The notes under the pieces: generated by a model
Database searches by the model: none
The model's input: the letters and a program-made list of their open reading frames with translations, nothing else
Told to the model about the DNA's origin: nothing
Position numbers and translations under genes: made by a program
Part shown: positions 48,260 to 58,621 of the stretch, one piece after another
How positions within the stretch are numbered: the first letter of the stretch is position 1
How the letters are laid out: each line of letters starts with the position of its first letter
Assembly (NCBI GenBank): GCA_902601475.1
Contig: CACKNK010000001.1
Location: 208,584 to 272,583, forward strand
Source: an uncultured SAR86 cluster bacterium
GTDB lineage: Bacteria; Pseudomonadota; Gammaproteobacteria; Magnimaribacterales; D2472
DNA length: 64,000 nt
Direction: 5' to 3'

Positions 48260-49723
48260 CTAGCTTCTTTGGTAATTTGGAGCTTCTTTGGTGATCATGA
48301 CATCATGAACATGACTTTCCATCATCCCGGCATTAGTTACCTCAATGAATTCGGTTTCAGTTTGCATCGATTCTATGGTTTTGCATCCAACATATCCCAT
48401 ACTTTGACGCAGCCCTCCTTCAAACTGATCTAAAACTTTAACTACAACTCCTTTATAAGGGACCCTGCCTTCTACTCCCTCAGGAACAAGCTTTTCTGCC
48501 TCGATTTCATCTTGAGAATATCTATTTGCGTCATTTCTTTCAGACATTGCACCCAAAGAACCCATGCCTCTATACGTTTTAAAACTTCTGCCTTGATAAA
48601 GCTCTATTTCACCTGGAGCCTCTTCTGTACCTGCCAACATACTGCCAAGCATTACGGAAGATGCACCAGCAGCAATTGCTTTTGCTAAATCGCCTGAAAA
48701 TCTTATGCCGCCATCAGCAATTAATGGTGTGGATGAGTTTTTCATAGCATCTCTTATTGATAATATTGCTGTAATTTGTGGGACACCCATTCCTGCAATG
48801 ATTCTCGTAGTGCATATGGAACCAGGACCCATACCTATTTTAATTGCATCTGCTCCAGCCTCATCCAAAGCTACTGCACCTTCAGGAGTTGCAACATTTC
48901 CAGCAATCACTTGAACATCTTTAAAGTTATTTTTTAACAGTTTGATAGTTTCAATAACATTTTTTGAGTGACCATGAGCTGAATCGACAACAAATACATC
49001 TACACCCATTTCATTAAGGGCTTCTGCCCTTTCCAACGTATCAGTTCCTGTTCCTAAAGCAGCGGCAACCAGTAACTGTCCAGAGGTATCTTTTGTTGCC
49101 AATGGGAACTCAGCAGACTTATCTATGTCCTTCATCGTAACCAGTCCAGAAAGACTGCCAGCTTTATCAAGCACTAATACCTTTTCAATACGGTTCTGGT
49201 ACATTAATTTTTTTACTTCATCTTGATCAGTTCCCTCATTAACAGTAATTAATCTCTCAAGTGGAGTCATGATAGAACTTACAGATTCATTTAAATTATC
49301 TGCATACCTAAAATCTCTAGAAGTAACGATGCCTTTTAAAACTCCATCATCAACAACTGGCATACCTGAGATATTAAGTTCGCTTGTAAGTTTAACTAAG
49401 TCTTCGATGGATTGAGTTGACTGAATTGTTATCGGATCTTTAACAATTCCACTCTCATATTTCTTGACTGTTCGGACATGGGTTGCCTGATCTTCAATGG
49501 TGTTGTTTTTATGTATAACACCGATACCTCCACTTTCAGCCATAGCAATTGCCATTCTTGATTCAGTTACTGTATCCATTGCAGCTGAAATTATCGGCAG
49601 GTTTAGAGATATTTCTCTAGTTAGTTTTGTTCTTAAAGAAGCTTCTTTTGGAGTAAAGTCAGAGTATCTTGGCAAGAGCAAGACATCATCATACGTAAGG
49701 GCTTTGAATTTGATCTTTTCCAT
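48260..49723 (-). CDS. guaB: IMP dehydrogenase
   Basis: LTYDDVLL, SAAMDTVTE, a CBS pair, GPGSICTTR, YRGMGS and VPEGVEG. Confidence 0.98.
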   Translation of the reverse strand: MEKIKFKALTYDDVLLLPRYSDFTPKEASLRTKLTREISLNLPIISAAMDTVTESRMAIAMAESGGIGVIHKNNTIEDQATHVRTVKKYESGIVKDPITIQSTQSIEDLVKLTSELNISGMPVVDDGVLKGIVTSRDFRYADNLNESVSSIMTPLERLITVNEGTDQDEVKKLMYQNRIEKVLVLDKAGSLSGLVTMKDIDKSAEFPLATKDTSGQLLVAAALGTGTDTLERAEALNEMGVDVFVVDSAHGHSKNVIETIKLLKNNFKDVQVIAGNVATPEGAVALDEAGADAIKIGMGPGSICTTRIIAGMGVPQITAILSIRDAMKNSSTPLIADGGIRFSGDLAKAIAAGASSVMLGSMLAGTEEAPGEIELYQGRSFKTYRGMGSLGAMSERNDANRYSQDEIEAEKLVPEGVEGRVPYKGVVVKVLDQFEGGLRQSMGYVGCKTIESMQTETEFIEVTNAGMMESHVHDVMITKEAPNYQRS

Positions 49724-49728
49724 ATGGA

Positions 49729-49734
49729 ATTATA
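49729..49734 (-). promoter_or_regulatory. -10 hexamer TATAAT 5 nt before the guaB ATG
   Basis: TATAAT-tccat-ATG with no Shine-Dalgarno sequence. Confidence 0.5.
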
Positions 49735-49774
49735 CTTTTAGGAAAAAGAAAAAACAAAAAATAACTCTATGAAG

Positions 49775-50110
49775 TTAGTTGATCAGTGTTTCAGTTTTGG
49801 CTGCACAAATAAAGTCATTCATGTGTAAGCCTTTAATCTTATGTGACCACCATTGAACTCTTACCGAACCCCACTCTAATAAAATTGATGGATGGTGATC
49901 TTCGTCTTCCGCTAATTTCGCAATGTCTATGGCAAACTTGACCGAGTCTTCATAATTATCAAATGAATAGGTCTTAGAGAGTATATTTATATCTTCATAA
50001 ATAATTTCCCAGCCATCAAGATCCTTTAGAAGTTCAGTAAATCTTTTTTCATCTACCAATGGAGCATCGATGGTGCATGCTTCACACTTTTGTTTTGTTA
50101 GATCCGTCAA
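49775..50110 (-). CDS. phhB: Pterin-4-alpha-carbinolamine dehydratase
   Basis: CEAC, AEDEDHHP and WWSHKIKGLHMNDFICAAK. Confidence 0.92.
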   Translation of the reverse strand: MTDLTKQKCEACTIDAPLVDEKRFTELLKDLDGWEIIYEDINILSKTYSFDNYEDSVKFAIDIAKLAEDEDHHPSILLEWGSVRVQWWSHKIKGLHMNDFICAAKTETLIN

Positions 50111-51496
50111 TTAGATACCACCTTTGGTAAGCTTTTTTGGATCTAGTATTGAATTTAATCTTTTAATTGATATCCCTGTCTCTTCATGAGCTACATCAAT
50201 TATGGGTCTACTATCTTTATAAGCTTTTTTAGCAATCAACGCAGCCTTTTCATAACCAATTTCTCTATTTAGAGCAGTAACTAATATAGGATTTTTAGAT
50301 AATTGTTTTTCGATATTTTTTTTATTGACCTTAAAAATTTTGATTCCTTTTGAAGCCAATAAAGTACATGAGTTAGCTGCAAGAGTAATACTTTTAAGCA
50401 AGTTATATGCGATGACAGGCAACATAACATTCAATTGAAAGTTTCCAGCTTGATTAGCATAAGAAACAGTCAAATCATTTCCTAATATATCAGCCGAAGC
50501 CATCATAACCGATTCACTTACGACAGGATTAACCTTTCCAGGCATGATGCTGCTTCCTGGCTGAAGAGCCTGAAGTTCAATTTCACCTAAACCAGTCAGT
50601 GGACCACTATTCATCCATCTCAAGTCATTTGAAATTTTTAAAAGCACTAGTGCCAAGTTCTTTACTGCGCTAGACATATTTGTAGCAGCATCTTGACTGC
50701 TAAGAGATTTAAAATAATTTCTTGATGACTTAAATTTTATCTTTGTTAGTTTTGAAACCTCAGTAGCAAAAATATTTCCAAAATTCTTAGGTGCATTAAT
50801 TCCAGTTCCTATTGCTGTGCCCCCTTGAGGCAATGATTTTAAACCATCAGCCGCTAGCTTAATTTGCTTGTATTGATCACCTAACTGAGCAGCCCAACCT
50901 GATAGTTCTTGCGCCATATCAATGGGCATAGCATCCATAAGATGAGTTCTACCAGTTTTAACTACACCCTTAACTTTGAGTTCCTTAGATTTTATTTGAT
51001 TTATAAGGCTTTTTAGAGATGGCAATAAAAGCTTTTCAACATCAAGCAAAGCAGAAATATGAATTGCTGTTGGAATAACATCATTACTGCTCTGACTCAT
51101 ATTTACATCATCATTCGGATGAATCGATGTTTTACCTTTTTTTGATGCAATTGTTGCCATGACCTCATTTGCATTCATATTTGTGCTGGTTCCTGAACCT
51201 GTCTGAAAAATATCTAATGGAAATTGATCGTCATACTTGCCATCAATAATCTCTTTAGCTGCATACTTTATAAGTTTTGATTTAGTTGATGGTAGTAATT
51301 TTAATGCCGCATTAGAGCTAGCTGCAGCATGCTTAATTATTCCAAGTGCCTCTATGAAAGATCTTCCAAAAGGAAATGCAAACTTAATTCCGCTGATTTG
51401 GAAATTATCCAATGCTCTTTGTGTTTGAGCACCCCAAAGAGCGGTTGATGGCACTTTAACTTCGCCAAGAGAGTCTTTTTCTATTCTATATTTCAT
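50111..51496 (-). CDS. fumC: Class II fumarate hydratase
   Basis: WGAQTQR, QTGSGTSTNMNANEV, GRTHLMDA and GSSIMPGKVNP. Confidence 0.96.
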   Translation of the reverse strand: MKYRIEKDSLGEVKVPSTALWGAQTQRALDNFQISGIKFAFPFGRSFIEALGIIKHAAASSNAALKLLPSTKSKLIKYAAKEIIDGKYDDQFPLDIFQTGSGTSTNMNANEVMATIASKKGKTSIHPNDDVNMSQSSNDVIPTAIHISALLDVEKLLLPSLKSLINQIKSKELKVKGVVKTGRTHLMDAMPIDMAQELSGWAAQLGDQYKQIKLAADGLKSLPQGGTAIGTGINAPKNFGNIFATEVSKLTKIKFKSSRNYFKSLSSQDAATNMSSAVKNLALVLLKISNDLRWMNSGPLTGLGEIELQALQPGSSIMPGKVNPVVSESVMMASADILGNDLTVSYANQAGNFQLNVMLPVIAYNLLKSITLAANSCTLLASKGIKIFKVNKKNIEKQLSKNPILVTALNREIGYEKAALIAKKAYKDSRPIIDVAHEETGISIKRLNSILDPKKLTKGGI

Positions 51497-51543
51497 ATCC
51501 GCCTCGATTTGGTTAAACTATTTTACACTCTGGAGGAAGAATT

Positions 51544-52353
51544 ATGGCAAAAGTTTCACCTTTAAGGATTGATACTGAGTTAGGAAAATTACCCTTAAAA
51601 GATAAGGGACTTGAAATGATTGAATTCGAATCTCCTGCTGAGTTAAGAAGAAACCAGCTTGAAAAACTAGTTGCTGGGTTTAGATTGTTCTCGTATTTTG
51701 GCTATGATGAAGGGGTTGCTGGGCATATTACTTTTAGAGATCCTGAATTTAGTGATCATTTTTGGGTTAATCCTCTGGGAGTTCACTTCAGTCAAATTAA
51801 AATCTCTGATCTATTACTTGTAAATCATGATGGTGAGGTTGTTCAAGGAAATAGGCCTGTCAATGTAGCAGCCTTTGCAATACATTCAAGACTTCATAAA
51901 GCCAGACCAGATGTTAATGCAGCAGCTCATTCACACTCAATGTATGGAAGAACATTCTCATCTCTTGGTAAGTTGCTTGATCCAATTACTCAAGATTCGT
52001 GTGCTTTTTACGAGAGGCAAGCAATGTACGATCATTTTTCAGGTGTGGTAGAAGAAACTGAGGAAGGTGACAGAATTGCAAATTCCCTTGGAGATAAACA
52101 AGTAATTATTTTAAAGAACCATGGAATTTTGACTACCGGTAGCTCTGTCGATATTGCTCTTTGGTACTTTTTATCTATGGAAAAATGCTGTCAATCTCAA
52201 CTGATGGCAGAAGCAGCGGGAGAGCCAACTTTGATTCCTCATGACGTAGCAATTAAAACCCGAGGTTTTATTGCTAACGATGTTGCTTTGTGGGCAAGCT
52301 TTCAACCGCTGTTTGACATGATTGTAAGTAAGCAGCCTGATCTTTTAGATTAA
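51544..52353 (+). CDS. Class II aldolase/adducin family protein
   Basis: EGVAGHITFRDP, FWVNP, AFAIHS, HSHS and LKNHG. Confidence 0.9.
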   Translation: MAKVSPLRIDTELGKLPLKDKGLEMIEFESPAELRRNQLEKLVAGFRLFSYFGYDEGVAGHITFRDPEFSDHFWVNPLGVHFSQIKISDLLLVNHDGEVVQGNRPVNVAAFAIHSRLHKARPDVNAAAHSHSMYGRTFSSLGKLLDPITQDSCAFYERQAMYDHFSGVVEETEEGDRIANSLGDKQVIILKNHGILTTGSSVDIALWYFLSMEKCCQSQLMAEAAGEPTLIPHDVAIKTRGFIANDVALWASFQPLFDMIVSKQPDLLD

Positions 52354-53774
52354 TTTCCAATAATTGCTTTGGTTTCAAGACACTCAACTAGACCCAATCT
52401 ACCGTGCTCTCTTCCATTGCCAGAAGTTTTGAACCCTCCAAAAGGTGCTGCCGGTCCAGCATTTGACCCGCCGTTGATAGAAATCTGTCCAGCTCTAATT
52501 TTTGTTGCAACTTCTTTTGCATGATCAAAATTCTCTGATTGAACATAACCCGCTAATCCATAAGGAGTATCGTTTGCTATAGAAACTGCTTCATCTTCAG
52601 ATTCATAGGCAAGCATACATAAAACAGGGCCAAATATTTCCTCTTTAGCAATTGTCATATCATTAGTAACATTTGAGAAAATTGTTGGTTTTATAAAAAA
52701 CCCACTGTTGAATCCGTCAGGTAAGTCATTTCCTCCGCAAACAAGTGTTGCTCCTTCTTCTACACCAATATCAATGAGTCTTTTAACTTTTTCGTATTGA
52801 GTTCTGTTTGAGATTGGGCCTATCCTGACACCATCATCAGTTGGTTTGCCAACTACAATAGAATCAGCTACATTTTTTGCAATTTCTACGGCCTCATCAT
52901 ACTGAGAAGAATGTACCAGCATTCTTGTGGGAGCATTACAGGATTGTCCAGTATTTAAAAAACAATGATTTGCACCTGCAGCAACTGCTTTTTCAAGATT
53001 CGCATCCTCAAGAATTATATTTGCTGATTTTCCACCTAACTCTTGAGCCACCCTTTTAACAGTTGGGGCAGAAGCCTGAGCTACTGCTACTCCAGCTCTA
53101 GTTGAACCTGTAAAATGCATCATATCTACGTCAGGATGCTCTGATAAGGCTGCTCCAACTACTGGACCATAACCATGAACTAAATTGTAAACACCTTTGG
53201 GTAAATTAGATTTATCTAAAATTTCAGTGAGCATAACGGCACAAAAAGGTGTTATTTCACTCGGCTTAAGTACCATTGTGCAGCCAGCAGCAAGCGCTGA
53301 TGCAATCTTGGTACACATTTGATTCATAGGCCAATTCCATGGCGTAATCATTCCAACAACACCGATTGGTTCTTTTCTTACTAAGTAGTGATTTTCCTGA
53401 GACTCAAATTCAAAATCCTTTAACACTCCTAAAGTATCTTTAAAATGACCGAGCCCGGATGCTACTTGGGCCACTTGTGAAAGCCACAACGGTGCACCCA
53501 TCTCCTCTGAGATACACGCTGCTAAATCTTCTGAAGAAGCTTCGTAGTTTTTTATTATTTCTTCAAGTAATGCCACTCTCTCATCTTTAGACGAAAAGGC
53601 AAAAGATTGAAATGCATTCTTTGCAGAAGCAACTGCTGCATCAATATCTTCTCGAGTGCCTGCAGATATAGTTCCTATAATTTCTTCTGAGGATGGATTT
53701 TCAATTTCAATTAATTCATTAGAAGATGATTTAACCCATTCACCATTTATATAAAATCTGTGTTCTTCTTTCAT
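52350..53774 (-). CDS. NAD-dependent aldehyde dehydrogenase
   Basis: ITPWNWP, KPSE, FTGST, ELGGKS, GQSC and EEIFGPV. Confidence 0.95.
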   Translation of the reverse strand: MKEEHRFYINGEWVKSSSNELIEIENPSSEEIIGTISAGTREDIDAAVASAKNAFQSFAFSSKDERVALLEEIIKNYEASSEDLAACISEEMGAPLWLSQVAQVASGLGHFKDTLGVLKDFEFESQENHYLVRKEPIGVVGMITPWNWPMNQMCTKIASALAAGCTMVLKPSEITPFCAVMLTEILDKSNLPKGVYNLVHGYGPVVGAALSEHPDVDMMHFTGSTRAGVAVAQASAPTVKRVAQELGGKSANIILEDANLEKAVAAGANHCFLNTGQSCNAPTRMLVHSSQYDEAVEIAKNVADSIVVGKPTDDGVRIGPISNRTQYEKVKRLIDIGVEEGATLVCGGNDLPDGFNSGFFIKPTIFSNVTNDMTIAKEEIFGPVLCMLAYESEDEAVSIANDTPYGLAGYVQSENFDHAKEVATKIRAGQISINGGSNAGPAAPFGGFKTSGNGREHGRLGLVECLETKAIIGN

Positions 53775-53865
53775 ATGACTTTTCCCAATTTAAGATTAGT
53801 GATTATACATAAAGCGCTTTAATTATTAATATAGTTTATTTAGAAAATAAATAATTAATATATTG

Positions 53866-55269
53866 CTATTTATTATTTTTAAACACTTCGATAGCTCTTA
53901 ATCTTGATGTTTTAAGTTCCACTATTGGGCTTGAATAATCAATATCGAATAATTTTTCTGTTGGTGGCAAATGTATTTCCTTGGCACTTAAAGATTCTAG
54001 TTGGGGTAAATGTTGTTTTATGAATTTGCCTTCAGGATCAAAATTTTGTGACTGTGTTACAGGATTAAATATTCTGAAATATGGCGCAGCATCCGTTCCT
54101 GTTGATGCGCTCCATTGCCAGCCACCGTTATTAGATGCAAAATCTCCGTCAATTAAATTATTCATAAAATAGGCTTCACCCAGGCGCCAATCATGCAATA
54201 AGTTCTTTGTAAAAAACATTGCTACTACCATCCTTAATCTGTTATGCATCCACCCCTCATTAATAAGTTGATGCATAGCTGCATCTATGAGGGGAAAACC
54301 TGTTTTACCAAGTTTCCATGCCTCAAACTCGTTCTGTTCAAATCTCCATGGAATTTTTTTGGTCGCTAGGTTGAATGGCTGATTCATGCTGACTCTTGGG
54401 AAAGAATGCATTATATTTTTATAGAATTCTCTCCAAATTAATTCATCTATCCATTTAGTTATGCCTTTGTTGCCGCTAGAAAGTTCAAAATCATTTAACT
54501 TTAGAGCTTCTAACAGGCATCGTCTTGATGAAATAGCTCCAATAGCTAAATACGGAGATAGTCTGCTTGTACCATCTATTATTGGATGATTTCTATCCTT
54601 AGAGTAATTTGATACCTTTTCCTCCAAGAAAGATAGTAATCGTTGAGTAGCTACCATCTCTCCAGCTGGCCAAAGGTCCATGTTCACTTGATGAGATTTT
54701 GTAAAGGTAATTTCACCAAATGGTAAATCGGTTTGAATTGTTTTTTTTGTAAGTTTATTTTCTATATCAAAATGATCCATTGAAAAAGATTCAATCCATT
54801 TTTTCTTAAATGGAGTGAATACAGAAAATGGTTTGCCTTGACCTGTGAGTATGGTTCCTGGTTCAAAAACAACCTGATCGTCAAAATTTTGGAATTCAAT
54901 TTTGTGTTCATTTAAGGCCTTAATTACATTTTTATCTCGAATATTTTCATCAACACCAAACTCATTATTCCAGTAACACTTATTTATATTATTTTCTTTG
55001 CATAACTTAATAATAAACTCTGGTATGACCTCAAAGGTGTCTAATTCTAGCGAGCATAATTGAATATTCAATTTGTCTAGATTTTTAGAAAGATCAGCTA
55101 TGTTTTGTAATATGAAGTCTAGCTTTACATTTGCATTGTTATGATCTGACCACTCTTTTTTTGCATGCAAATAAATACATATAATGGAGTCACATTCGCT
55201 ATCAGCAAGCGAAAGTGCAGGATTATCATCGATCCTGATATCAGACCTTAGCCAAACCAACCCGTTCAT
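53866..55269 (-). CDS. phrB: Deoxyribodipyrimidine photolyase
   Basis: WLRSDIRIDDNPAL, TSRLSPYL, WREFY, GWMHNRLRM, DGDFASNNGGWQW and RIFNP. Confidence 0.93.
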   Translation of the reverse strand: MNGLVWLRSDIRIDDNPALSLADSECDSIICIYLHAKKEWSDHNNANVKLDFILQNIADLSKNLDKLNIQLCSLELDTFEVIPEFIIKLCKENNINKCYWNNEFGVDENIRDKNVIKALNEHKIEFQNFDDQVVFEPGTILTGQGKPFSVFTPFKKKWIESFSMDHFDIENKLTKKTIQTDLPFGEITFTKSHQVNMDLWPAGEMVATQRLLSFLEEKVSNYSKDRNHPIIDGTSRLSPYLAIGAISSRRCLLEALKLNDFELSSGNKGITKWIDELIWREFYKNIMHSFPRVSMNQPFNLATKKIPWRFEQNEFEAWKLGKTGFPLIDAAMHQLINEGWMHNRLRMVVAMFFTKNLLHDWRLGEAYFMNNLIDGDFASNNGGWQWSASTGTDAAPYFRIFNPVTQSQNFDPEGKFIKQHLPQLESLSAKEIHLPPTEKLFDIDYSSPIVELKTSRLRAIEVFKNNK

Positions 55270-55305
55270 TTAATAAGTTTTCGTAAACAAATAAGGTAAT
55301 AAGAC

Positions 55306-56043
55306 TTAGAAATTTCCATTTGTAAATTCTGCATCAACTCGATAATCATCTTGAAAATTAGTAATTCTTGCTACCCCTCCAGCCTCTTGAACAATTACTG
55401 ATCCTGCGGCAATGTCCCAAAAAAAGATTCCATCTTCATGATACATATCTGCACTACCAGTAGCCACTAAAATATTTGCTATAGTGGCTGATCCGATCAT
55501 CCTTACTTTCTTCCAGTCTTGGAATTGAGAAATAATGTCCCGAAAATCATCTTCCGTATAAGATTCTCTTGCAGGTATGCCTGTAACTAAGGTACCTTTA
55601 TTTTTTTTGGTAACGCTTGAAGTTTTGATGATTTCTTCATTGCAAAAAGCACCTCCTCCTTTTCTTGCAAAATAAAGTTTATGATTTAAAAAATCATTAA
55701 TAACGCCTATTACAGGTACATTGTTTTGGATTAGAGCTACCGATACAGCACAAATTGGAATATTTCTGAAAAAATTTGATGTTCCATCCAGAGGGTCAAT
55801 CAACCAAAAATCGCCCTCCAACTTTTGAGATGCGCCAAACTCCTCGCCCATTATTGGAATATTTGAATGGCTTGATAAAAAATTAGTAATAATTTTTTCT
55901 GCTTCCTGATCAACTTTAAGTTTTATATCTCTGCCTTCATCCATAACAACGTCAAGTTCTTTCGAGTAATTTTCAGACAGAAAATTTCCTGCTAGCTTTG
56001 CAGATTCAATAGCAAATTCAAGGTTTCTTTTAAGTTCAACCAT
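55306..56043 (-). CDS. Inositol monophosphatase family protein
   Basis: GEE, WLIDPLDGTSNF and WDIAAG..IVQEAGG. Confidence 0.92.
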   Translation of the reverse strand: MVELKRNLEFAIESAKLAGNFLSENYSKELDVVMDEGRDIKLKVDQEAEKIITNFLSSHSNIPIMGEEFGASQKLEGDFWLIDPLDGTSNFFRNIPICAVSVALIQNNVPVIGVINDFLNHKLYFARKGGGAFCNEEIIKTSSVTKKNKGTLVTGIPARESYTEDDFRDIISQFQDWKKVRMIGSATIANILVATGSADMYHEDGIFFWDIAAGSVIVQEAGGVARITNFQDDYRVDAEFTNGNF

Positions 56044-56099
56044 TACTATTTCTTATTGGTTTAAATAAGCTATGAAAACAAAATAAGGGCACTTCATTC

Positions 56100-57209
56100 T
56101 TATCCCTTATAAGTAACTCTATAAATTAAATTTGAGTAATCATCTGAAATTAATAATGATCCATCTGACATCTCGAAAGGTGCAGCAGGCCTACCAATGA
56201 CATGCTCACCAGATAAGAAGCCAGTCATAAAATCTGTATGTTTATTAACTAGTCCATTATCATCAAACTCAACTCTTATGACTTTGTAACCAACCTTCTT
56301 AGAGCTGTTCCAAGAACCATGAAGTGTTATAAAAGCATTATTTACATATGATGCCGGAAAATGATTACCCGAGTAAAACGTAATTCCTGTTGGTGCAACA
56401 TGTGGGCCTAATTCTAAAATAGGTTTATTGATTTCATATCCATGGTCGCTTTCCCCGAATTCAGGATCAACAACGTCGTTTGAATGCAGATATGGAAAAC
56501 CAAAAAAATCTCCATCATCTAAAAGAACATTTAGTTCACATGAAGGCAAGTTATCACCCAGCCAATCTCTTCCATTATCTGTGAAATATAATCTATTATT
56601 TTGAGGGTTGAAATCAAAGCCAACTGAGTTCCTTACTCCTCTGGCAACTATAGACCAATTAGAGTCTCTAAAACGCATAATTGTTGCGTATCTTGGGTCA
56701 TCTTTTAAACAGACATTACATGGTGCACCAACATTTACAAGAAAACTTCCATCTTGATCAAACTTAATCCATTTTCTTCCGTGCCATGTATCTGAGGGCA
56801 GATCATCGGTAACAAGAATTTTTTCGAGATCTTTTATGCTGTTGCCACGATCTAGCTTCTCTTCAATATTTTCAATCTTCCAAACTTTATCTATCTCTGC
56901 AATGAAAAGTGATCCGTTGTAAAAAGCAACTCCTGAAGAATCGCCCATGTCGCTTGCAACCACCATAGAAAAATCTGCTTTGCCATTATCATCATGATCC
57001 TTCAGCGCATAAACATCTCCCTGCTTTGACCCAACAAAAATATACCCAGTTTCGCCCTCAGTTATTTGTCTCGGTGCGCTGGTAGTATTTGAAAAAATAG
57101 ATACTTCGAAGCCATTTTCAATTGATATATTTTCTAGAATTTTATCAACGCTGGAGATTGCATTGATGGCAAGAAAGGATAATATGACAAAGATAAATTT
57201 GTTTTTCAT
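56100..57209 (-). CDS. Glucose/sorbosone dehydrogenase family (secreted beta-propeller)
   Basis: Signal peptide, GAPCNVC, ARGVRNSVGFDF, DNGRDWLGD, HGSWN and GRP. Confidence 0.88.
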   Translation of the reverse strand: MKNKFIFVILSFLAINAISSVDKILENISIENGFEVSIFSNTTSAPRQITEGETGYIFVGSKQGDVYALKDHDDNGKADFSMVVASDMGDSSGVAFYNGSLFIAEIDKVWKIENIEEKLDRGNSIKDLEKILVTDDLPSDTWHGRKWIKFDQDGSFLVNVGAPCNVCLKDDPRYATIMRFRDSNWSIVARGVRNSVGFDFNPQNNRLYFTDNGRDWLGDNLPSCELNVLLDDGDFFGFPYLHSNDVVDPEFGESDHGYEINKPILELGPHVAPTGITFYSGNHFPASYVNNAFITLHGSWNSSKKVGYKVIRVEFDDNGLVNKHTDFMTGFLSGEHVIGRPAAPFEMSDGSLLISDDYSNLIYRVTYKG

Positions 57210-57232
57210 AATATTATTTTTAGTTATATAGA

Positions 57233-58621
57233 ATGGATGTAAGTATAGCAGTCGTTGTTTTTCTTTTAACTATTTTTGGATCAATAAGTTTTAATGGAAT
57301 GCTTCGAAATATTGCTAGAGAAAAAAACTGGCTTATAGATATTCCAAATAAAAGCAGAAAGTTTCATCATCGCCCTACTCCCTTAACCGGAGGCATTGCC
57401 ATTCAGCTTTCAATGATACTTGGCTTTTTAAGCCTATTATTCTTAGCTGATGTCAAACTTGAAAAAGAGGTATTTGATTTATTTTCAAATAATGCAGAAA
57501 CCGTTGATCGAACTGTCTATAAAAAAAGTTTGCGGCTTGAAGAATCTGATCAACAAACTGTCTTCGATTTATTAGTTTTTGAAAATGAAAATGATGTTTC
57601 GTCAGACTATGAAGTAAGGCTTGATGGTATAGATAACTCAATTCAGATTAAAAAAATTGATGAGGCTACATTTAGGGTTACAAACGGAAACGAAGTGTCG
57701 AATTATGTTATTAGAAATGGTGAGGTGATTCTTTTGGATGAAGAGAATAATATTGATAATTCATCTAACAGTTTTGTATTTGATACAAGTAATTCATTTG
57801 AAGTAAATAACTTTATTCTTTTTTTTATTTTATTTGGTTTGGCACTACAAATTTTTACTTTGCTTGATGATGCCAGAGGAATACCTGCTAAATACAGAAT
57901 CTTATTTCATGTAGTGATAAATTTTTTTTTCATCATGGTAACTGGTGTCTACGTAGATGAAATTGGAATTACCATAAATAATGAAGTTATTAAGTTAGGA
58001 GCTTGGGGAATACCTTTCACAATATTTTGTGTAACAGGAATCATCAATGCCTTTAACATGATTGATGGGCTTAATGGTTTATGTACAGCAATGATATCTA
58101 CTGCACTAGTTGGATTTATTATCCTGACAGGATTGGATGTAATTAATTATGCATTTATTATCACCCTAGGAGCATTATTTGGTTTTTTAATGTATAACCT
58201 AGGTGCTCTTGGAGTAAAAAGAAGAGTTTTTCTTGGGGATAACGGTTCATCTTTTCTTGGTTTTTTTATAGCATGGTCATGCATTTACTTATCATCCTCT
58301 GAGAACAATTTCTTTAATCCTGCAAATGCATTATGGTTGGTTTTTATCCCCTTGTGTGACTGTATTTATGTAATATTTGATCGGTTAAGTAGGAAACAAA
58401 AAATCTTTAGTGCGGAGAGAAATCACCTCCATCATCTTTTAATTGAAAAGGGTCTTTCTGCGTCAATGGTTCTCACATTAATGACATTCCTTTCGATATC
58501 TATGATGGCATTGGGTTTGTATGCTGAGTACTTCCTCAATTCGAATTTATCCCTCTATCTTTTTATATTTCTTGGATTAAGCTACTTCTTGTTAAATCGG
58601 TTACTGTTAAAAAATGATTAA
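57233..58621 (+). CDS. wecA: WecA/MraY-family polyprenyl-phosphate GlcNAc-1-phosphate transferase with a large loop insertion
   Basis: D.P..RKFHHRPTPLTGG, LDD, NAFNMIDGLNG, FLGDNGS and R.HLHH. Confidence 0.85.
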   Translation: MDVSIAVVVFLLTIFGSISFNGMLRNIAREKNWLIDIPNKSRKFHHRPTPLTGGIAIQLSMILGFLSLLFLADVKLEKEVFDLFSNNAETVDRTVYKKSLRLEESDQQTVFDLLVFENENDVSSDYEVRLDGIDNSIQIKKIDEATFRVTNGNEVSNYVIRNGEVILLDEENNIDNSSNSFVFDTSNSFEVNNFILFFILFGLALQIFTLLDDARGIPAKYRILFHVVINFFFIMVTGVYVDEIGITINNEVIKLGAWGIPFTIFCVTGIINAFNMIDGLNGLCTAMISTALVGFIILTGLDVINYAFIITLGALFGFLMYNLGALGVKRRVFLGDNGSSFLGFFIAWSCIYLSSSENNFFNPANALWLVFIPLCDCIYVIFDRLSRKQKIFSAERNHLHHLLIEKGLSASMVLTLMTFLSISMMALGLYAEYFLNSNLSLYLFIFLGLSYFLLNRLLLKND

